In this document: positions 12,678-27,954 of the stretch, piece after piece
Layout: each line of letters begins with the position of its first letter
Position numbering within the stretch: the stretch's first letter is position 1
NCBI GenBank assembly: GCA_023213395.1
Contig: CM041465.1
Span: 187,371,741 to 187,435,740 of the forward strand
Length of the DNA: 64,000 bases
Direction of reading: 5' to 3'
Source: Cycas panzhihuaensis
Lineage: Eukaryota; Plantae; Cycadophyta
The notes under the pieces: model-generated
Database searches by the model: none
Told to the model about the DNA's origin: nothing
What the model saw: only the letters and a program-made list of their open reading frames with translations
Made by a program: the position numbers and the translations under genes

Positions 12678-15109
12678 ATGTGGACCTAGGAGATGGGTCA
12701 AAGTTTATCATAACATTCTTGCCTTTGTCTTGAACATAATTTGAGTGATAGTAGTCATCCTCTTTAAACACAACATCTTTGCTAACCATAACCTTTCTTT
12801 CTTTGGGATCATACACCATATATAATTTTGAAATATCATTATACCCAATAAATATGCACTTAGTGCTCTTGTCATCAAGTTTAGTCCTCTTTTATTCAGG
12901 GACATGGGCATAGGCTAGGCATCTAAAAATTCTCAAGTAATGAATATTAGGTTTGTAACATATCTATGCTTCTTCAAATATCATCAACCTAAGGTCCTTG
13001 GTGGTATACCTATTGAGGAGATAAATTGTAGTGTAGATAGCTTTTGCCCAAAACTCATGTCCTAACTTCTTATCTTTTAGCATGCACCTAGCCATCTCAA
13101 CTATGGTGTGATTTTTCATTTAGCAACCCCATTTTGTTGTGGAGTGTAGGGGTTGGTGTATTTCCTTCTAATGGCATTATCTATACAATAGGTGTTAAAA
13201 TCATTAGAAATAAACTCTCCCTTATTATCTGATCTTAAGGAGAATATCTTGTGTTAACTTTACTTTTCCACAAAGGTTTTGAAGTCTACAAAACATTGAA
13301 ATACATCTATTTTGAATTTCAGGAAATAAACCTATGTTTTTCTAGTGTAATCATCAAAGAAAGTGAAGAAATACTTTGCACCGGCTAGTGATGGGATGTC
13401 CATTGGACCATAAAGATCAATGTAGATTAATTAAAGTGGCCCTTTTACTCTATAACTTCCATTAGGAAAACTTTCCCTATGTTGCTTGCCTAGGAGGCAA
13501 CCTTTATAAATGTCCTTATCAGCTTCAATTTATGGTAGTCCTTCAACCATATTCATTCTCTTCATAAGCACTAAGCTTCCATAGTTTAGGTGGCCAAATC
13601 TTTTGTGCCACATGTTACTATCTAATTTGATTATTGTCGTTAATACATAGTTATTTGAAGGAGTTAAAACTAACTTGAAAATTTTATCTTTAGTCATTTA
13701 TCCTTTTATAACAACAACTTTATTCTTTCTCTTGTCTTTGATAGTGCATTCACCATTATCAAATATGGCTTTATAGTCATGTTCCATTATTTGTCTCACT
13801 AATAGAAGATTTTTCTTTAGAGTTGGAACATAGAGAATATCGTCAAAATATCTATTTTCACCTGAATCTGTCATGATGATAACTTTAACCCTTCTAGCAG
13901 ATTTATATGAGGTATCATCACCAAACATAATTGAGCCCTTTCTAGTCTTGTCAATAGTTTAAAATATTTTTCCTTTATGGGTCATATATGTAGAGTAACC
14001 AGAGTCTATATACCAACAATCTTCTTCATTTTTATGTGTGATCATCCTCTCTAGTTTTAACAATTGCATTAGCACTACCCCTTGTAGGAGGGTTATTTTT
14101 AGCAAAGCACTTATCTTTAGTATGAACTACTTATTCTAGGGTTTCCTCTATCAATGGAAGGTGTCCTACCCCTTTCCAAGTATGGAGCTTGATTATCTCT
14201 TTGTCTATTATTTGGATAATTGAGATTAGGCCTTTGAAAGTTGGTATGACTTTAGCAATTTTGACAACATTGGTTTTCTTCTTGATGTCTCTCTTAACTT
14301 TGATATCTTTATTGACCAGAATATCTTTGATTAGATCCTTGATTTTTTTAGTGGGGAGATTGGTATCTAGGTTAATGCTCTTGATTTGTCTCTTGTATAG
14401 AATTTTTGTCTCTCCCTCTTGGGGATTGGTTCCCTGATCTTGAACTTTTAGCTTGGGAATTAGACTTGATCCTCACCTTAGTTACAAAATCATATTATAA
14501 GGATTCATTTGAGCTTTTCTTCTCTTCAATAGCCATTAACATGGCACTTAATTATTCAATCTTCAATGTACTTAGGTCTTTAGAGACTTTTATATTTATT
14601 GTTACTATCTCAAACCTTTTAACTTCACTAACACACTTAAGTATCTTTTCAACAATCCTTTATTCTGTTAGGGTCTCACCAAGAGATCTCATTTGATTCA
14701 CAAGGTCTTAGACTTTTGTTATGAATTTATTGATGGAATCATTGGGCATCATCTTTAAATTTTTAAATCTACTCCTCAATGTTTAGAGCTTATATGAGGC
14801 TACACCTTCATAGATGAGTTACAATGTGTCACATGCCACTTTAGACTTTGATGCCTCATTAATCCTTAGAAAGATGTGGTCTTATAAGGCATAAAAAATT
14901 GAAGTTAGAGCTTCTTTATCCTTCTGTACACATTCCTTAAATGCTTATTCTTTTGCTTCAGTTACATTTTGACCAAGTTCTATGTACCCTATATTTACAA
15001 TATCCTACATATATTTAGTGATGAGGATGGGTCTCATCCTTTTATTCCAATTCAAAAAAATTGATCCATCAAACTTAGAAATGATCATGTTACCAAAACT
15101 TTTAGCTAT
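12678..15109 (-). pseudogene. gag-pol: Copia gag-protease-integrase of A-right
   Basis: ORF remnant 13698-13928 (YVPTLKKNLL) plus the motifs above; many stops. Confidence 0.88.
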
Positions 15110-15843
15110 TGTGTTTCAAAATAAAGTCTTATTTAAATGTTTTCTAAGGTATAGTTTTGAAATAATGTGTCATATTCCCTAAATAGTTGTTAGGCTCTAA
15201 GTTTATAGGCCTCCAAGGAAACCTTTAGTTATTATTCTGCCTAATGGAACCTAACCACAAGTGGTAAATCAGAGATCTAATATACAGATATGTGAATGCT
15301 AGGCTCTATAAACTTAAGTATATAAGCTACAAAGAAGGTATAAGATGCCTCTAACTTGTTTATCCACCTACGCTAGACTTATGCCTAATGACAGATCTAG
15401 TAGTGATGACTTTACAAACTAAGGCACTCAACCCCCTAGGTCTAGCTTGATCTCCAAACTCTAAAAGAAAGGTTTACTCCACCTCAACTTACCACTATAT
15501 ACACCTGATAGCCAATGACATTCCTCATCTAATATGAGTAGGCCAAGGGCATGTACCGAGTGGTAATTTCAGGGGTCCTATTTGAAATAGGGTGTTCTTT
15601 TAGAAGTTTATTTTGTTTAATATGAAAATATATTTCATATGCGGTCTTATTTAGAAAATAAGGTTCCTTCTTAACGAATAAAAGTAACTTTGAAAGTGAA
15701 ATGAAAGGAACCTCTTTAAATGAAATAAATATAAGAGAAATAAGCCTTTTTGAATGAAATAAATATGAAATTAATAAACTTTTAAAGTGATACAAATAAA
15801 CTCTAAAATGATATGAAATGCAAAGAAAATGAAAGAGCCTTTG

Positions 15844-16205
15844 AATGAGATTTTAAGATGTAATAAGATGCATTCTATGTGAACTTTTGTAGTGCAATAA
15901 AAAAGCCTTAATTAAACTTTGAAATAAACTTTAATAATGAACAAGATAATCTTTAAATGAGTTAAGTGACCTAAATATGAGCTTTAAAATAAAACTAAAT
16001 AAGATGAAAATAAATTAAATTGTAAATGATCTTTTAAGATACAATAAATGCACTCTATATAAGCCTTTAAGGTGCAAAATGATAGCCTTAAATAATCTTT
16101 AAAAATAAGCTTTAGTAATGAAGCAATTTGACCCTTAAATGAGCTAAACAAGCTTAATATAAGTTTTCAAATAAAATGAATAAGCTAAAGAAATGAATTA
16201 AAGTA
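15844..16205. repeat. Degenerate tandem duplication (about 181-bp unit, 2 copies) in the A-right leader
   Basis: TTTTAAGAT...ATGCA(T/C)TCTAT...AGCCTTAA...TTAAATGAG(T/C)TAA recurs at about 181-bp spacing. Confidence 0.7.
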
Positions 16206-17653
16206 AAATAAAGGCTTTAAAATAAAATAATATAGGGTTTAGAAAGATCATTGTATGTGAAACAATATCCAAGTATCATCTTCTTCTTCAAGAGGTAAAA
16301 CTTCACAATATTCTACCTAAAATCATATGTAAGACCAAGTGAAATTAGTTAAAGGTAGATTAGTATTATAGTATGATGTAAATATACTTAAATAGAATTG
16401 ATGAATGGATCAAAATAATGAAAAGAGCTCAAAACTTAGATTAAATTAAAGGGTTAACTTTAGTAGCCTCAAACACCTACAAAATAGCTTTAGATCATAA
16501 TGAAACCATCTTTAGTATATAGATCAGTGAACTAGCTTTCCAATGGATACAACCATTCGAAAAATAGACTCACTGATCAAAAGTTATAAGAAAAATAATG
16601 AAGATAGTTTATTATGATTAAAAAACTAAATGGGGAAGGGGGGTTAAGCCCCTTTCAATAAAGTACCTAGTTAGCTAAGGGTTGCAAAGGACCAGTTGCT
16701 AGCTAGCAAAGGGGGCTAGTAGACCCCAAATATTATTAAAACCAACTTAATCCTTTAAAAACTAAATTTATCAAAAATAAACTATAAAATTTGAAGTTTG
16801 AGTCCTTAAATAAGAAAAAAAGAGGTCGTATGAGAGGCCAATATGATCAGCAGTTGGGGGTTAGGGGGCTCTAACTCAAAATATATCAAAAATAACTAAA
16901 TTTTATTAAACTTTATGAAATGAAATAAATTAAAATAAGAAAAAAACCTTGTAGGACTACACAAACCTGCATGTGCATAAGAGGAGGAAAATCACTTAAA
17001 AGTAATTAAAAAATACACTAAATCTCTTCAAATATTGAATGGAAAGGGTTATATACTGTTTGTACAGTATTAAGGAAGAAAACATTTTAAAAAATGATTT
17101 AGAAAATCAATTTTTCACTTGTCATTTTTGTGGAAGGTCATACAGTTGCGTGGAGATTGTACAGCCTAACAATGACTCAAAAAATATTAGATGAAGGTTT
17201 AGAGTACTAGTAGAGGGGATGTGACTCTATCTTGAATGTTATATAGAGAGAACCATACAAAAAATACTTATTTTCAAAACTGGCTTAAGGGATTTTAGTA
17301 AATAAAAGGAGAGGATGTGCTTTTAGAAATAATTTCTCATTGTAAGAGCAATGGTTTTTCAAACTGTCTTTTCTAGTGCTTAGAGGACTCAGAGAGCTCT
17401 CAAACGAATGATCACTTGAGGTAGTTTCCATCATTATGGAGAGTGCATCAGCCTACAAAATTCTAGGTAACTATAGAAACCTTTACAAAATAATGAAAAA
17501 TGATTAAAATATTATAAAATACTTGATGAAACTTTAATATAATGAATTCAATGGAGTGTTGGGCTAAGTATGCCAATAAACACCACATAAATCATGAGTT
17601 ATTTTTTATAAATCCTCATTTCAAAATCAATAAATATTTGCTTTGATACCAAA

Positions 17654-17955
17654 TGAAGTCATCAGGGATTAGAATGGAACAAGACTATGGCATTATTATG
17701 AAATAATTTAACAAATATCCAAAGTAGGTGGTGTTAAGAAACACTGGTATATTAAGCACTATTTATTTATAGGTTGAGAGGTGGGCAGGAGCCTGCCTCA
17801 ACCAACACCTTTTTTTGAAATTAAAATAATAAAATATTAAATAAATTAATATATACCTTGTTCTAAAGCCAGATGTAGTCAGTTAGGACGACTCTGCATA
17901 CTCCTAATATATTTGCACAATCTTTAGCATATGATAATGAACATTATAGCTAATA
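17654..17955 (-). repeat. 5' LTR of A-right (302 bp)
   Basis: Adjacent to the PBS. Its minus start T(A/G)TTAGCTATAAT is shared with the H LTR at 54461. Confidence 0.75.
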
Positions 17956-18504
17956 GACCTAACCCTAAGGTAATCAACTAATAACTCATACAACTTGGAC
18001 CAATCATCAATAGTGTATTCAAGCTATTTCTTCTTCTCCTCCTCCTCCTTTTTTTCTTCTTTTCCTTTTCCTTGTTCTACTTCATCTTCCCTTATCGTAT
18101 ATCATATGATAAAATATAAACAAATGCAATGTGCTACTTGCTATTTCATATTCACCTTGTATAAGATGGAAGCCCAGGATAATTACTCTATTAGGTGTGA
18201 GGGTGTACTACTTTACCTTGCTTTACTTTTATTATTGATCATCTTTATGAGGTAGAGGCTTGAGATAGATGCTCTATTAGGTGTTAGGATTGATTAGCTT
18301 ATGCTAATTAGATAGGTAGTTGGTATGTTTGTTAATCTTTCTATATAAAGTATTAAGTTATTTATTAACAGTTTGTTTGACATAATATTTTATTGTGGCT
18401 CACATCAATACAAAAGCCAACCAAGTTGCTTTTAGAGGGTAGAGAGAGAAAAGGATCTGAATGATAGAGGAAACTTTACAACTTAATGTAAAATATTTAT
18501 ATAT

Positions 18505-18610
18505 TTTGGTTATACATTAGGTTATAATCTAGGCTACAATCCTGGTCCTTGTTTGTACTTTAGGTTACAATCATGGTCCTTATTTATACTCTAGATTATA
18601 ATTCTATGCT
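18505..18610. repeat. About 30-bp tandem repeats in the D 5' LTR (counterpart 40190-40350)
   Basis: Unit approximately TTGGGTTGTAATCATGGTCCCTAGTTATAC; more copies in the 3' LTR. Confidence 0.75.
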
Positions 18611-19247
18611 TGATTCTTTTCTTAGTACACAAATATACCTTAGAATAGAAGACATGAAGAATAATGAATTATGCTTTAGAATGAATAGAAATAAACTTTA
18701 GGAAATATGCTTTGGAAATAAAAAGGCATAAAGACACAAATGAGAAAATTAAATGAAGGTTATAAAATACAAAGGGACTTTTGTATAAATTCACAAAATG
18801 AAAGAAAACTAAAATATATCAAATTAGATTTTTAAAATGCCCAAGTGAAAATTTTGAAAGGGAGAAGGTGCATTGCCAATGGATCAATGATCTGACTAGC
18901 AATGGTTACACGTAAGAATTTATGTCAATTGAGGTCTTAATGGCCCACCCTCTTTAGACTTATAATAAAGTCACCCACATAGCTAGGCAGGGAGAATTTA
19001 CTTATAGATGCTACATGAAGAGTTAGGGACCATGAATGCACTCCAATGGTAAGGCAACATAATGATTATAAAGTAGGAAAATATGGTACAAAACATGGCA
19101 AGGGAATCCATAGAGAAGGGAAGAAAATAGGGAGGAAAACACATACTAAGGGGATATAAATCCAAAGAGGAAGAAAATCTTATAGGAGAATTCATAAACA
19201 AAGGGGAAAGTAATAGAATTTATGTTATTTTTAGCCACAAGGCATTG

Positions 19248-19450
19248 GTTTTATCATATTGAGAACATTACTATATATTGGGCACTATTTATATCATATT
19301 AGGTGTATTACATTGCATTAGGTAATGTTTTTATCATATTGAGTGAATTACATTTATATTAGGCATTATTTTTATCATATTAGGTGCATTACATTCACCT
19401 TAGGCATTATTTTGATCATATTGGGCATATTACATTCATTAGGTAATTAG
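19248..19450. repeat. About 41-bp tandem array (about 5 copies) in the D 5' LTR
   Basis: Unit approximately TTTTATCATATTGGGTGCATTACATTxATATTAGGCATTAT. Confidence 0.8.
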
Positions 19451-21832
19451 TTTATGGCTAGTAACTCTTATTTAGACTTGTGGAAAGTAACTAATAGGTT
19501 TGATTCATAATTTATCTTAAGGAATATAGTTACATAATATTAGTGAGCCATTTTTTATTTATGTAAGGCTTGATTGGTATATGCCATGCTCTTGTAACAA
19601 ATTTATAACTATAATCTCTTTAAATTATGTTGTTGGATGTATTTCATTTTTTAGTAATTACAGGGATGTTTAATGGTTGCTCCTCTTGAGCTTGATATGA
19701 AGGATATTGATTTAGTACTCCCCTTGATGCAAGGACATATTTGATTAATTATAAGGATGTTTAGTGGTTACTCCCCGAGTGTTTGATTTAGTTATAAGTC
19801 TGTTGAGTCAGTTGCTTCCCTTATGAATGTACAACATAGTAATCCTTTAAGATTAAGCCTATAAACATGTATAAAGTAAGTGAAAATTCTAATCTTGTCT
19901 TAGCGAGTTATGCATATAAGTAAGAGCTAACAATAGTGTATGTTACCTATAATGATATCTGAGATAATGCATACTTAACCCTACATGCTTATAACAATAA
20001 ACACTCTTAATTGAGATTTTTTAAGGTAGCCCATCAGCACATTAGTGCATGTTGTAATAATAATATTTGAGGCATCACAATTTATAACAGAGTTCTTATA
20101 ACCATCAATTTTGAAACACTTGTGATGAGATTAAATTAGGGAGGGATTATCATGTGATTAAGTGGACTACTAGTACTCCAACTTTCAAATCATTTACTTA
20201 GCTCAAGGGCACATTCCTTGCTAGATTATGGATGGTTAAGAGGTAAATCCTCCAGTTATAACTTAGTTGGTTGATCATATTTCATGCTACATTCCAAGTG
20301 CACACTTTCCATGTTGTTAATATGTTATGATGTGATGTTCTTACTTATGCATAATTAATTAACCTTGGCTTATAATTATTCTTTAATATTTATTTAACTT
20401 TGATTATTGGTAATATTTACATGATTTATGTTGCATTCTTACATGGCAAATGAAATGATTACATACTATAGTTAGTACATGACTAATTTATATGTACCAT
20501 TACCATGATGTTTAAATGAATGAAGTGATTATTTTGTTAATTATTATAGCACTACTTTTACTTGGGTTTATAACATCCTAGGGGTGAAATATTCCAATGT
20601 GTAACACTCTTCTTTATGCATTCACAAATTCAAGATTGTTAAGATTGATAACACATAGTTGAGTGCTAACTTTTGTAAGAGAAATCTTTATGTTTGCTAT
20701 TGTGTCATAGTGTTTTATAAGTCATGCTTATCAAGGTATGAGTAGAAATTAGGTCTTTTAGAATTAGTTTTAGAGCAAGTATAACTCCTATAGTTGGTGT
20801 TAGATAGACCTAGCTTCTTTTCACTTGTTATCAAAGTTATCTTGATGGCCTCAAACCCTCATAGTTGGTATAAGAGCCTTGGTTCCAAAAGGCTCTCTAA
20901 AATTCATTAAGCACAATAAATTGAAGCTGGTAAGCATAAGATAAACCTATAACATAGTATCAATTAATATATCTAATGGGATTTAGAAGCCAATATTGAT
21001 TGTCGTAATTTATTAAAAGTTTACAAAGTTGTCATTTTGCAAATGTTTGATAAAATTTCTTAATGAAGTGAAAATCACAACAAGAAATAGGTCATTAACT
21101 AGACATTAATTAAAGCACTTTCATTTCAAATTTTGATCTAAAAATCAGTGTGCAAGAAAATGAAAATCACCCCTACACACTAACTAAGTTTGGTGAATTC
21201 ATTATGTTTGAGTGGAAATTTAGAATGACTTGAATATGTGACAGTTTACACTCTATTTAATAGAAAATTAACCAAGCACATAAACAACTAGTTATTAATT
21301 GAAGATATAAAACCTAGCATTTACCTTAACATTTGGTATGCATATAGAAGAATATCATTTTTATTTATTAGCAAAATTTCATGAATCTACCATACTCTAG
21401 TAGGAAGTTATAATGGATTGAAGTAATAAAAGTAAGAATTATATTTTGTTAAAATACTATACTAAGTATATAACCAACAGATCCTTAATTGAAGGTCTAA
21501 AACTCAATATTTTGACTTAAAATTTGGTATTCACATAGAAGAAAATCACTTTTATTTGTTGATAAAGTTTTACAAAGTTACCATGCTCTTATAAGGAACT
21601 AGATTAAGTTGAATTTAGGTACTTAAGTTACTAATAGGATTTGTAACTTGCATAGTTATTAACTCTATACAATAGATTTAAAAAAAGGCAATGTAAGAGT
21701 AAAATTACATAATGTGAAATATTTCTAGGTTATTGTTAGAGTTGTAAATTTAACATTTTAGTAAAATTTCTTATTGAATCAAAGAAATTACAACATCAAA
21801 ACAAAATATAAGTTAAAGTTGCAAGTTACAAC

Positions 21833-24268
21833 TAAAATGCGCGAGAGATGGGTAAGTTACAACAACATACCTAGTGACAAGGGCTTAGGGCATGAGAAGC
21901 ATTTGTGCGAGGTGGAGGGTGATCTAAGGCTGCACTCAGGGCACTCATGTACTATTTGGGCATATGTTGTAGAGTTATATTACATTCTTGAGTGATCAGG
22001 AGAATGGCCTAACTAGGGCAACACGAATGCTTATGTGTGCATATAAATAGTATAGGTGTATGAGTAGTGAAAAATCTATGGAAGACTACAAAGTGGGACA
22101 AATACCTAAATGCATCTACATGTTCTTTTGATTTAATGCAAATAAGAGGATTTTCCTAACTAATAGTGTAATATCACTCCATGAATTTAGGAACTCGTAA
22201 CTATGTAGTCCCTTCTTTCACTTGGACTCTCAAATAAAGTATGTAAAACCTATAGTAAAATGCATTAGTGTGATGCGATGTGCATGAAAGAAGAAAATGA
22301 GTTTGGTTCCTTTTTAGGGGAATTTAATGTTTTTTCCTTTTTTTAAATCTTTTTATGCTTTAAGGGAGAAAAACAAACAAGATGCTTAAAAGGAAAATCT
22401 ACTTTCTTTTTTTTTTTCTCTTTTTATTTGGTTTTAAGGGAGAAAACTAAAAGAAAAGAGAGAAAAAAAACAAAAAACTTTTCACTTTTTCTTTCTTTTT
22501 ACTTCTATCTTTTCTAAGAGGGAAAAAAGGGGGTGTGTGGTAGAAAAAGAACCTATCCAAGTTTCCTTTTACCCATTCTTTTTATTAGTTTTGATTCTCC
22601 TACTTTCTCTTTTTACTCTAGAAAATAAATAGACTAAGAGGGAAGAAACAAAGTGTACCTAGAATCAATGTGATACGCTCCTTTAATGTTGCCCTCTTTT
22701 GATGTAAGATGGTTGGGTTTGAGGTGTGGATTAAGTAAAAAGAAATATTTACTAACATAAAAAATTCTAAAGAAAATCTAGCAAGATTTCTACTTATCAA
22801 ATGAATTTATGATGAAGAAAAGTTTACTACATAAGCAACTTAAAAATGAGAAAAAAAAGAGTGTAACCATGTGAGTTGAACTTACCTCTTATATATCCTC
22901 ACCTTGATGGGTTGATATAGTGGGAAACTCCAAGATCATGTTGGTAAAAGAGTGACTCCTTGTTTTCCCAACTCCTACAACAAGGCCAATGTTATACCTG
23001 GAAAATGACAACTAACATCCAAGCTACACTATGTCCATATAATATCTCATACAAAAAGCAATAGTAAATAATAAAAAAAAGGTATTCTAACTAACCTAAT
23101 AATGAGAGGGAGGATGGAGCCTCAGATTTGGCTCTATGTCCGCAAATGTAGTGGACTCCCTAATCTATACTTAGGCATTATCTTCCTCTACAACTACCTC
23201 CTAGTCATATGGTCTAGTAGGTAGTAATAGAAGTAGAAAGTAAAATGCTAAAAGAGAGAGATAAGAGACCAAAGCAAGGCCTATCCAATAGTAAATGCAA
23301 TACACATAAAAGTAACAAACTAGGAAACAATCCTATCAATATAATAGAGGGAGGATTACCTTATCCCAATGGAGTGGAGGTTGCTAATGGTTGATGATGC
23401 TCTACTTGAGGACACTCCAATGTTGTTAGAAAGGAATATCTCTAAGTATGTATGTAATAAAAGATGATGTAAACTAAGTATACCTAATTTACTTATAATT
23501 TTGGTAGCATGATAGTGTTACCTTCACTTCTTCACTTAATCTCTTCTTCCAATAGAAAAATGAGGAGATTTATGTATGAGAGTAAGTGTAAGAAGGGTGG
23601 TTTTTATCCCATAATGTGAGAGAAAATAAGGGAACAAATCCATGAGACATGCTCATGGATTTGGACCAAAAACCACATGGGGAAGAGGATTTTGGGTGCG
23701 ATTTAGCTTCTTAGACTAATCAATACTAATGGGTATTGATTTGGGGCTGATGTAGGTTACCAGGATACACAAGGAGGCATTAATGAGTTGACTATCACCA
23801 TTGGGATTAAATATAGGTTGATGATAATTGTACCATAAAGATATTCATAATATCCACAATGGTTTAGTAATAGACATAGTTATTTACTGAAAAAAAGATG
23901 CAAATAGGCCAAAAACTCATTAATGATAAAATTTAAATGTACGTATAGCCAACATCAAGAGGTTGATGATAAAATAAAGCATGAAAAATAGATTGAAATG
24001 AGACTACAAGGATCTTGCAAGGGGGATAATCACTTGTTCTAACTCAAGAGGCCTTATGGGTGGACCAATGGACAACAACCAAAGTCATACTTATCATCGG
24101 CTAAAGGTATATATGGATCACCATATAAAATAAACAAGCAAGCAAAAATATGCATCCATTATCTATTATTATGATATAAAAAAGTAATAAGATATAAATA
24201 GTAATAAAGCATAACTCCATTTACCTATTTATCGTAGTATCCATGACATTTTTGGGAACTAGAAAACA
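21833..24268 (-). repeat. 3' LTR of E (2436 bp)
   Basis: Colinear with 33052-35521. Confidence 0.92.
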
Positions 24269-26089
24269 CTACCTCCTTAGCAATAGAGCCTTTTCAACTT
24301 GTGGCTAAATGATGGTAAATCTTGCTAACACCGTTGATATCAAATATAATATGAAACCCATATATGTGGAATAAGAGGTTAGGTATACCATAATTTTACT
24401 TCATTAGTAAATAATAAGAGGGTGTTACCCTTAGCCTAGCCTCATTAGGGAACTACATCAGAGGTTTATTAGCTAGGATGGATGATGGGTTAATGACCAT
24501 ATTAATTTGAATAGGTCTATGGTCGTAATAAACTTAGATAAGTACGAGTAGGGATACAGTAGTTTATCCTCATTAGTGACTATCTTTTGGAGTAGGGTGA
24601 CAAATGGTTAGGGTGTTGCTACAACAACAAGATAATAAATGGCTAGCATGACTCAAAGTTAAGCTTGGAAGCCCTAGACCCTTAGATATATGAATGATGC
24701 CTCAAATATCCAAGGTGGAGACTTAATGGTCCATGTGGGTCATCATAGTTAAGCAATTATCTTTCAGAGGAGGAGTTGTTTATACTCATCTTGGATCTAT
24801 ATTTTTGGTTTTTTTAATGGATTATTAATTAATTAATTAATTTTATTTTATATTATTTTAAAGTTTTTGTTATTTCATAATTTTTTTGTGTTTTATATTA
24901 TTTTATAAATTTTTAGATATTTTTTATAATTTTATATTATTTTTATGATTTTCAGAAATTTGCTAAAAAGGAAATGGAGAAATATGAAACAGACAAAGAT
25001 AAGGCTATGGGCATCAAAGTAGTGGTACTCTTAAAGGGGGGGCATAATCTAATTAATCTATGCACAAATTTATACAAATGTACAAGGTAGTTTACCCTTG
25101 TTTCAGAGCAAGGATGGCAGTATAGGTGTTAGTTGGAGCATAAGGGAAGTTGATAGCTTAGCCAAGCTTCCAAGGTAAGCTAAGAATACCTTGGGTTATC
25201 ACCATAATTTAGCCTCTTTAGTGAGTGCCCCTTAGAAGTGACACTAGGAGGGATGGCCTCCTAGGTAAGTATCTCAAAGGTGAGTCTATTAGGCTAGGAG
25301 AGAATCATTTGCCTATGGTAAATGATACTCAAGGATGAAGGTCACTAATCTGTCTATCCCTATATTTAGTCCTCATAGGATATAACAAATGGAGACAGAG
25401 GAGAATTAGCTAAAAGAAACCTAATATGATTATTAAGGGATCTCAACTACGGACAATGAACCTAGTAGACCTAGGTGAGTTAGGACATAATAAGTTAACA
25501 GTCATAATGTAATATAATGGAGCCACAATGTATATATAAAGCATAAGTTAAGGCCTCTATGATAGTGGTGCACTCGACTATATTTTTAGTAGTTATGGGT
25601 AAGTAGACTTTAGATTGTACAAGAACATGTCTACGGTGATCTTGAATGGTTCAATCTATAATAAAAAGGTTAAGATTCTCATGACTACCTCAATTAGTAT
25701 GAATGATCAATGTCGTAGGGATATGCAAAGATGACTCAAGGTGGATTCATTGTATGAAAGGAGATGATAAGAATCAACCAACATCACAAGGACTTAGGTA
25801 GGCAAGTAAATACTGACTCATATAATGAGTAATACTTAGTCCTTAAGAGTGACTATATGCTAGTGGCATAACCTCTCCTATAATCCATAGTAGGCTATAA
25901 CCATACTAAATAGGTTTTAATCATAATTAAGACCACAGTGGGTCTATGCAACTAAATTTGAAAGTCTTAAGATGGCCCACACAACTAGAACTAAACTACG
26001 AATTATAGGTGGGGACAAGGTTGTTAAGTAACCTACCCTGGATACCAAGTAGGTGGTCAAAAATATGTTCTCCTAATATTGTATCTTTC

Positions 26090-27954
<1,865 letters not shown>

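Larger units (their letters stand above)
12678..17955 (-). mobile_element. Ty1/copia A-right: 5' LTR, PBS, about 2.5-kb leader, gag-PR-INT; truncated at C
   Basis: LTR 17654-17955 and PBS (GCTTTGATACCA on +) at 17640-17651. Gag ISKFDGSNFLNWNKRM from about 15109, protease CWYIDSG near 14000, integrase WHKRFGHLN and RSDNKGEF. Confidence 0.88.
17956..20863 (+). repeat. 5' LTR of D
   Basis: Colinear with 39679-42398 but strongly diverged; followed by the PBS. Confidence 0.9.

Noticed and set aside
3313-17955. A as a single intact copia element
   Set aside because: The LTRs do not match, there is no TSD, and part of RT is missing.
19248-19450. Regular 41-bp repeats (and 46-bp repeats at 52581-52718) as a CRISPR array
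   Set aside because: The units are head-to-tail with no unique spacers, lie inside plant LTRs, and no cas genes are present.
21310-21600. Duplication of about 190 bp in the D leader
   Set aside because: It is visible but degenerate, and ordinary for a gypsy leader.
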